From Candidatus Woesearchaeota archaeon (GTDB lineage: Archaea > Nanobdellota > Nanobdellia > Pacearchaeales > GW2011-AR1), in the NCBI GenBank assembly GCA_964581415.1, contig CAZOOJ010000024.1, positions 1-47,380 of the forward strand: a DNA stretch of 47,380 bases, in the 5' to 3' direction. The notes under the pieces are model-generated. The model saw only the letters and a list, made by a program, of their open reading frames with translations. It did not search any database and was not told the DNA's origin. Below are positions 41,772-47,380 of the stretch, piece by piece; position 1 is the first letter of the stretch; every line of letters begins with the position of its first letter. The translations under genes were made by a program, and so were the position numbers.

Positions 41772-42182
41772 TTATCTGTTTAGCATTAATTCAATCTTTT
41801 TAGGATTTCTTTTAATCTCTTTTACAACTGTCGCAGGTCCTATTATTGTAATTGCTCCCAAATCTCCTCCAGAAAGAGCATTTGCAAGATTCTTTTTGAT
41901 TTTTCCAAAAAGTCCTTCTTTTCCATTTCCAGAAATTACAGCCAGTTCTATTCCTCTAAAATTTTTTACATAACCAGCCATCACCATTGTATCTCCAATC
42001 AATCTTGTTTCCTCTTCTGGAAGTAGTTTTCCCTGAAGTATCAAAATATTATTTCCTAAAACTAGATTTAATATTTTCCTTATTCTTTCACTACTATCTA
42101 AATTCCTAATTTCAGAATAAGGAAGAAATTGAATAGAAAGTCCTTTTATTTTTCCTAAACTCTTTTTTTTCTTTTTTCCCAT
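41772..42182 (-). CDS. DUF2073-like protein, second member of the conserved archaeal GTPase operon
   Basis: 136-aa ORF downstream of the GTPase. LQGKLLPEEETRLIGDTMVMAG...FRGIELAV fits my recollection of the family. Tentative. Confidence 0.5.
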   Translation of the reverse strand: MGKKKKKSLGKIKGLSIQFLPYSEIRNLDSSERIRKILNLVLGNNILILQGKLLPEEETRLIGDTMVMAGYVKNFRGIELAVISGNGKEGLFGKIKKNLANALSGGDLGAITIIGPATVVKEIKRNPKKIELMLNR

Positions 42183-42265
42183 TTTAGATTTTGATTTTAT
42201 CTAATCTTTTTAAAAAAGATTATTTCCCTCTTTTTATGTAAAGTTTTTTCTGTTTTTAATTCTTA

Positions 42266-42907
42266 CTAAGTCTTTTTTGAAAGTTTAAATATTGATTCAT
42301 AAAACTCTTCTAAGTTTTTTCCATATTTTGCGCTTATTCCAACAACTTCATATTCTGGAAATGCTGCTTCAATTTTTTTCACATCTGCTTTTTTTAAATC
42401 AATTTTATTTGCGACAATTAAAACAGGAATTTTTCTTGCAACTAAATTTCCTATGATAGTAATGTTCACCTGATTGTAAGGATTTTCCATTGCATCTAAA
42501 ACAACAACAACAACATCCATATCGTCGAGCCACTTTATACTTTCAACAACTCCCTGTGTTGCTTCTTTTGCTCTTTTTTTAGCATCTTTCTTTTTTAATT
42601 TATATTTTAAAAAGTCTTCATAATCTATTTTCGTAGCAATTCCAGGAGTATCTATCATTTTAAAAGTCATGTTTTTTCCTTTGTATTCTATCTGAACCTT
42701 TTCTTTAAATTGTATGTTCCGAGTTTCATGAGGAACCTTGCTTACATTTCCTATTCCTTCTCCAGTAAAATCTTTGCATATTCTATTTGCTAAAGAAGTT
42801 TTTCCAGCATTCGGAGGGCCATAAAATCCTAATTTTATCTCTTTTTTATTTTTGAATATACTGGAAAAGATTCTTTTAAAGAAATTTTTCAAAATTTTTA
42901 TTGCCAT
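42266..42907 (-). CDS. Small GTP-binding protein (TRAFAC-class, MMR_HSR1-like)
   Basis: G1 GPPNAGKTS, G3 DTPG, G4 NKID, G5 SAK. Confidence 0.85.
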   Translation of the reverse strand: MAIKILKNFFKRIFSSIFKNKKEIKLGFYGPPNAGKTSLANRICKDFTGEGIGNVSKVPHETRNIQFKEKVQIEYKGKNMTFKMIDTPGIATKIDYEDFLKYKLKKKDAKKRAKEATQGVVESIKWLDDMDVVVVVLDAMENPYNQVNITIIGNLVARKIPVLIVANKIDLKKADVKKIEAAFPEYEVVGISAKYGKNLEEFYESIFKLSKKT

Positions 42908-43186
42908 ATATTAAAACTACAATTGAGGGTTATTAAATTTTTCTAAATTTTTATTTATATATTAAGAAAATAGGAGTTTTAATAGATTTCTTTTAAAAAA
43001 CAATTGCTCTATAATTTTAACTGTTAATTATTTAATTATTTTATATTAGTTAAAAAATTTCGTTGATGAAGGGTTTTTGGTAATTATATATTACATATTA
43101 ATCATAAATAAATAAGATTTTTGTAAAAAGATATGTGTTTTACCAAAAATAAAATAAGATAAATTAAATAATTAATCAAAAAGTTT

Positions 43187-43589
43187 TAAAGAAATTTTCC
43201 AGAAAGAAAAGTTAATATCTCAACATCAGCTTTTATATCTGAAGCGTCATTTGCTTCTTCAAAAAACTTTATTGGAAAGATTCTTGAAGTATCCTCTATT
43301 TTCGCATTTTCTTCAGAGGAATTCCTCCAGAATGTGGAGCAATTGCAGCAAAAATATATGAATGCTTTATTCTTAATAAATTCGTAAAATAAGCACCATT
43401 TGAAAATCCTGTAGCATAAACTTTCGATTTATCAATATTATATTCTTTTTTTAATTCTTCAAGAATATCTAAAACAAGCTGCTCATCAACATTATCATTA
43501 GTCTTTTGTTGTGCTCCAACCCATTGAATATATTCTCCTGTATTGTATTTAGTATCTGGAGCAACTAAAATAAAATTATTTTTGATTAG
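43187..43589 (-). pseudogene. Remnant of an alpha/beta-hydrolase esterase (PHB-depolymerase/LpqC-like): 5'-truncated and frameshifted
   Basis: Absent from the ORF track because it has no start codon. The minus strand reads NNFILVAPDTKYNTGEYIQWVGAQQKTNDNVDEQLVLDILEELKKEYNIDKSKVYATGFSNGAYFTNLL...AAIAPHSGG, with nucleophile elbow GFSNG. A stop follows at 43297..43299. The reading continues in another frame (SSEENAKIEDTSRIFPIKFFEEANDASD...) to the stop at 43187..43189. Confidence 0.55.
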
Positions 43590-46375
43590 AATTTTCTTTT
43601 AAATTTTTTGAATTTATCTGGAGATTCTTTAAATTTCTTTTGCATATTATTTTGAATAAATCTTTTTTCAGGCTTTTTTGCAATAAATCTTTTATTAATT
43701 GATTTTGGAGGAATTTGATTAATTGATTTTGGAGGAATAAATCTTTTGTTAGATATTTCTATTTTTTTCTTCTTTTTGAATCTATTTAGAATCTTGTCTA
43801 TAGGTATTTCAAAGAACATTCCCACTCTCTTTCCAGCATATTTTTTCATTGCATAATTAATCTGTTCTGAGCTCCATCCTGCTTTCTTTAAATTAGCTTT
43901 AATTTCGCTATCTTCCATTCCTCTATTTTTAGAAGTCTTGATATAAGAAAGAATGTTATAAAGATTGTTTCTGTCTTTGAATAAATAAGTTTCATATCTC
44001 CTTTTATACCATTCCTGTAGAATTATATAGATTATAGATACTAAAATAAGAAGAAATATTAAAATTACAATAAATAAAAGCCATCTATCCTTTTTTTCAA
44101 ATCTACCTGGTCTCTCAATTAATCTTAATCTTTCTATGCCTGGAGAAATAAAAGCAGGCAATTCATTAAATTCTATATCTGCTGTTGTTGAAAAGATTAT
44201 GACATCTCCAATTCCTTCTAAATTTATATAAACATATCCTAGACTTCTTTCTTCTAAATAATTTTTATCAAATTCAAGATTTTCCATATCTTGAATAATT
44301 AGATAAGGAACACTATCTATATCATCAGACTTTTCTAAATTTAATTTAAATATTTTTAATAGAGCATCTTCATAATTGTCATAACTCGCAGAAATTTCAT
44401 TAAAATCAAAAGTTGTCTGAATATTTTCCTGATTCCACAGAAGAATCGCATCTACATATTGTTTTTCATTAGAAATATCATAATCTCCTCCTTCAATTTC
44501 AGCTAAAATATCTAAATTTATTTTTTCAGAAGAAGGATAAAAAGGAAAAGAAATTGTTTTTTTACTTATATGAACTGAATTCGGAATTTGAAGTTCTAAT
44601 AAATCATTGAATATTTTTTCAAATTCCTTTTCTGTATTTGAAGAAGAATATTCTCTTTGAATTTCTGTTAATTTTAACTCTAAATCTGAAATGTCTAAAA
44701 CAGAGTTTATTTTTGTTTGTTGAAAAGTAGTGAATTCATTAATCTGAGATTTTATTTTTTCAAGATTTTTTTGAGATTTGTCTATTTTTTCTTCGATTAT
44801 TCCTTTAAGAGAACCTACTTTTATTTCAAAAGATTCAGAAAAATTAATTCCTTGAAAATCTGTTATAGTTACTCTTAAATCATAAATTCCTGAAGAATTA
44901 TAAACATGAGTTACTTCATTTGTTAAAGTAGTTTCGCTTTTATTATCTCCAAATTCCCATCTATACTGAGTTATATTAGAATAAGAACTAAGCAATATCT
45001 TAAATTTTGTTGAAATTGAATGTGCTGTAGAAGTTGGAATTATTCCTCTAATTGTAGGAATTTTTTCAACACTTAAATTCTCTGATAAAATCATTTTATT
45101 ATTCAGCCACAAAGTAAAATTAAAAAATCCATAATTAGAAGGAACAGAAAAATTTCCTGAATCTAAATATAATTTTTGAAATTCTGAATTAATTCTCGGA
45201 AGCTTTTCTTCTAAATCATAAAAGAAGCTCTCCACTAAACTTCCTCCTGAAATATCATAAGAAGCTGATAAATCTTTTAAGATTATATTCTGTCCTTTTT
45301 TAGAATTTATTCCAATAGGTACAACACAATCTGAAGTGCAATTCTTGCCTCCATATGTCAGATTAATATAATCATTAATTTCTTCTGCAATTGTGATATC
45401 TTTCAAAGAATTTGTTATATGCAAAGTTCCAACATCTCCAAATTTTATTGGTTCAGCAAAGATTTTATAAGAAAATTCTTCTTCATTATTCCCATAAAAA
45501 CCACATCCATTTCCTTTTGAATATCCTTTTATTTTAGCTTTTCCATCTCCATTATCAGAATAAATACAAACATAAACTTCTTTTGGTTCTTCCAAAAAAT
45601 AATCTATTTCACAGTAAATCTCTTCTTCTTCATCCGAAGGAAGAATGCAATTAGCACCTGTTATCATCTCTCTATCTAAAGTATAAAGAGACATTTTCAA
45701 ATTTCCAGTTTCTCCGTTTCTCTCAATCCAAGCACCTATCTTAAATCCAGGTGCTTTTTGCAAACTAATTCTCTGACAATATTTATTAGAAGGATAGTCT
45801 TGAATTATAAATTTATTTCCTGTCCATTCAGACTCATTATAGCAACCATAACTTCTAAGACTAGAACAATCCCCTGTTGTAGATTTATTATTCATAAAAT
45901 CACTATAACCATCATTTAGAATATCTATTTCTATTTGATTTTCACAAGAACTTTTGACATCACTTTCTAAAACAAAATCTACTGATTTAATTTCAACTTC
46001 TTCTCCATTAAATACTAATCCAACAACTTTTGATTTTTCAGAAGATAAATAAAATTTTTTTGTTTCATTTCCAGAATCAAGTTTTTTTGAATAAAAAAAA
46101 GTGCATTCTGCAGTATCACAGTAATAATTAAAATTTCTATTTTCTTCTAATAAATCCCACAAAACTACAAAATCTCCTAGATTATATTTAAAAAGAGAAT
46201 TAATAGGTTCATCAGAAAAACTTACATTAATCCATCCTTTAATATTTCCATTTGGCCTGTATTGTTTGTCTAATAGATACGACGCGTTTCCTATTTCAAA
46301 ATCTGCTGAAATAAAATTAATCATTAAAAATATAAAAATTAAATTAGATATTATAAAAACAACCTCTTTTTTCAT
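43586..46375 (-). CDS. Large (929 aa) single-pass surface protein with a PKD domain and a cytoplasmic basic tail
   Basis: N-terminal signal VVFIISNLIFIFLMINFISA. PKD signature YRWEFGDNKSETTLTNEVTHVYNSSGIYDLRVTITD. TM WLLFIVILIFLLILVSIIYIIL. Tail motif EIKANLKKAGWSSEQINYAMKKY. Tandem IPPKSINQ/IPPKSINK. Confidence 0.85.
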   Translation of the reverse strand: MKKEVVFIISNLIFIFLMINFISADFEIGNASYLLDKQYRPNGNIKGWINVSFSDEPINSLFKYNLGDFVVLWDLLEENRNFNYYCDTAECTFFYSKKLDSGNETKKFYLSSEKSKVVGLVFNGEEVEIKSVDFVLESDVKSSCENQIEIDILNDGYSDFMNNKSTTGDCSSLRSYGCYNESEWTGNKFIIQDYPSNKYCQRISLQKAPGFKIGAWIERNGETGNLKMSLYTLDREMITGANCILPSDEEEEIYCEIDYFLEEPKEVYVCIYSDNGDGKAKIKGYSKGNGCGFYGNNEEEFSYKIFAEPIKFGDVGTLHITNSLKDITIAEEINDYINLTYGGKNCTSDCVVPIGINSKKGQNIILKDLSASYDISGGSLVESFFYDLEEKLPRINSEFQKLYLDSGNFSVPSNYGFFNFTLWLNNKMILSENLSVEKIPTIRGIIPTSTAHSISTKFKILLSSYSNITQYRWEFGDNKSETTLTNEVTHVYNSSGIYDLRVTITDFQGINFSESFEIKVGSLKGIIEEKIDKSQKNLEKIKSQINEFTTFQQTKINSVLDISDLELKLTEIQREYSSSNTEKEFEKIFNDLLELQIPNSVHISKKTISFPFYPSSEKINLDILAEIEGGDYDISNEKQYVDAILLWNQENIQTTFDFNEISASYDNYEDALLKIFKLNLEKSDDIDSVPYLIIQDMENLEFDKNYLEERSLGYVYINLEGIGDVIIFSTTADIEFNELPAFISPGIERLRLIERPGRFEKKDRWLLFIVILIFLLILVSIIYIILQEWYKRRYETYLFKDRNNLYNILSYIKTSKNRGMEDSEIKANLKKAGWSSEQINYAMKKYAGKRVGMFFEIPIDKILNRFKKKKKIEISNKRFIPPKSINQIPPKSINKRFIAKKPEKRFIQNNMQKKFKESPDKFKKFKRKF

Positions 46376-46418
46376 AATTTTAAATAAGAAAACTTATTTT
46401 ATAAATTTTCTCTATTTA

Positions 46419-46610
46419 GGCTTTGGTAAATTCCTATAAAAAGCAATTTCTTGCAATTATCAATTACTCAATTATTTTCTAATTTATTTAGATAATTTTG
46501 TTGTTTTAATGAGTTATTCAAAAAGTTATATCTATAAGATATTAATTATTATCAGAAAAGAAATTATTATCAGAAAAGATTTATGAAAAATACAGAATTT
46601 TTCCAAAGCC
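46419..46610. repeat. MITE-like intergenic repeat, copy D
   Basis: GGCTTTGGTAAATTCC ... GAATTTTTCCAAAGCC. The first about 25 nt nearly match copy C. It contains an internal tandem attattatcagaaaag x2. Confidence 0.7.
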
Positions 46611-46819
46611 TTTATTTACCAAATAAATATATAAATTAATATTTAAAATAAATGACTTGTTATATTTTATAACAATTAAATAGATTCAAACTTTAAGAAA
46701 TTAATTAATCTAATACTCGATTTTTAAAATTATTAAATAGATAAAATTTTTAATTAATAATATCAAAGAACTTTACTAATAAACTTTACTAAGAATATTC
46801 TAGTTATACAAAATAAAAA

Positions 46820-47380
46820 TTATTTTTTATTTCTAAAATTATAGAAAAAATAAATTAAAGAGATAATTAAAAGAGTTATAATAAAACTATAAAAAGTAAA
46901 AAAAGGAAGTTCTATTTGTGCAGGACAAGGAATTGTTTCTTCTCCATCTTTACAAAGTTCATTTTTTCTTTCAGGATCATAATGCCATCCTTCTTCATCT
47001 TCTAAATAATCAGCTCCATCAGGATTATAATTCAAAATATTATCTTTATCCCATTTCCAATTTCCTGTCCAACTATATGTTAAAAATCCATCTTCACAAT
47101 CATCATTCGTGCTTTCATGATAAGTACAGACTCCTATTTCTGGTATATCTTCTATTCCTTCTCCACAATCAGGATCAACAAAAGAGCAATAAGGATTACA
47201 ATAACCATCAGAATCAGAACTGCAACATGCTCTATCAACTAAACTGCATAATAAGTCTCCACTACAATAATCTCTTTCTCCATTACAGTCCTCACATGCA
47301 CAGCCTTCATTATCATCACAAACACCATCATAATTACAAACAGTTCCATCATCAGTATAATCACAATTCAAACTGCAAGT
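46820..47380 (-). CDS. Cys-rich extracellular protein with a C-terminal TM anchor (5' end outside the window)
   Basis: The frame stays open to the window edge; the track start is a TTG. 24 Cys in clusters (GVCDDNEGCACEDCNGERDYCSGDLLC...). C-terminal TM FYSFIITLLIISLIYFFY. Confidence 0.7.
   Translation of the reverse strand, partial: TCSLNCDYTDDGTVCNYDGVCDDNEGCACEDCNGERDYCSGDLLCSLVDRACCSSDSDGYCNPYCSFVDPDCGEGIEDIPEIGVCTYHESTNDDCEDGFLTYSWTGNWKWDKDNILNYNPDGADYLEDEEGWHYDPERKNELCKDGEETIPCPAQIELPFFTFYSFIITLLIISLIYFFYNFRNKK

Noticed and set aside
40655-42907. Reading the GTPase + HNH nuclease + Zn-ribbon cluster as an anti-phage defence system
   Set aside because: The GTPase/DUF2073/Zn-ribbon trio is, to my knowledge, a broadly conserved housekeeping-type archaeal neighbourhood. 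The HNH gene looks like a selfish insertion. No other defence hallmarks are present.
1-47380. Scan for tRNA, rRNA, SRP/RNase P RNA and CRISPR arrays
   Set aside because: I saw no GC-rich structured islands, T-loop-like GTTCRANYC contexts within cloverleaf-sized segments, or regularly spaced 25-40 nt direct repeats in any intergenic region. This is an eye scan only. tRNAscan-SE/Infernal and a CRISPR finder should confirm it.

Overview
Gene-dense, very AT-rich archaeal chromosomal segment. By eye I found no rRNA, tRNA or CRISPR array. The informational core is clearly archaeal. The exosome/proteasome superoperon (Pop5, PsmA, SBDS, Rrp4, Rrp41, Rrp42) runs directly into rpoK-eno-rps2 on the minus strand (20.4-28.2 kb). 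Also present are aRNase J, Mre11/Rad50, PsmB, aCPSF1, a class I CCA-adding enzyme, a TrmB-type regulator and a presenilin-type protease. The window also encodes a bacterial-type DNA gyrase. Both subunit genes carry an intein: HNH-type in gyrB, LAGLIDADG-type in gyrA. They are linked in one operon through a HIT hydrolase and a Zn-ribbon gene by identical TAAAATG stop/start junctions. The compact junctions, short proteins and heavy load of secreted or anchored proteins suggest a reduced, DPANN-like archaeon; this is inference, not a database result. The accessory content is the most interesting part. (i) Two paralogous, oppositely oriented clusters encode signal-peptide or TM-anchored beta-rich surface proteins of no family I can name (1..3364 and 13690..17789). 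They are joined by an inverted segmental duplication that also covers non-coding DNA. (ii) A repeat family of about 180-200 nt with GGCTTTGG...CCAAAGCC termini occurs in four intergenic copies and looks MITE-like. (iii) A free-standing HNH endonuclease gene sits inside the conserved GTPase-DUF2073-Zn-ribbon operon. (iv) Three small unassigned ORFs lie inside the exosome superoperon, and uS2 and RpoK carry long charged extensions. (v) A decayed esterase gene remnant lies at about 43.2-43.6 kb. (vi) A 929-aa PKD-containing surface protein and Cys-rich CxDGxC modules are present. All family assignments come from motif recognition by eye and need HMM confirmation.
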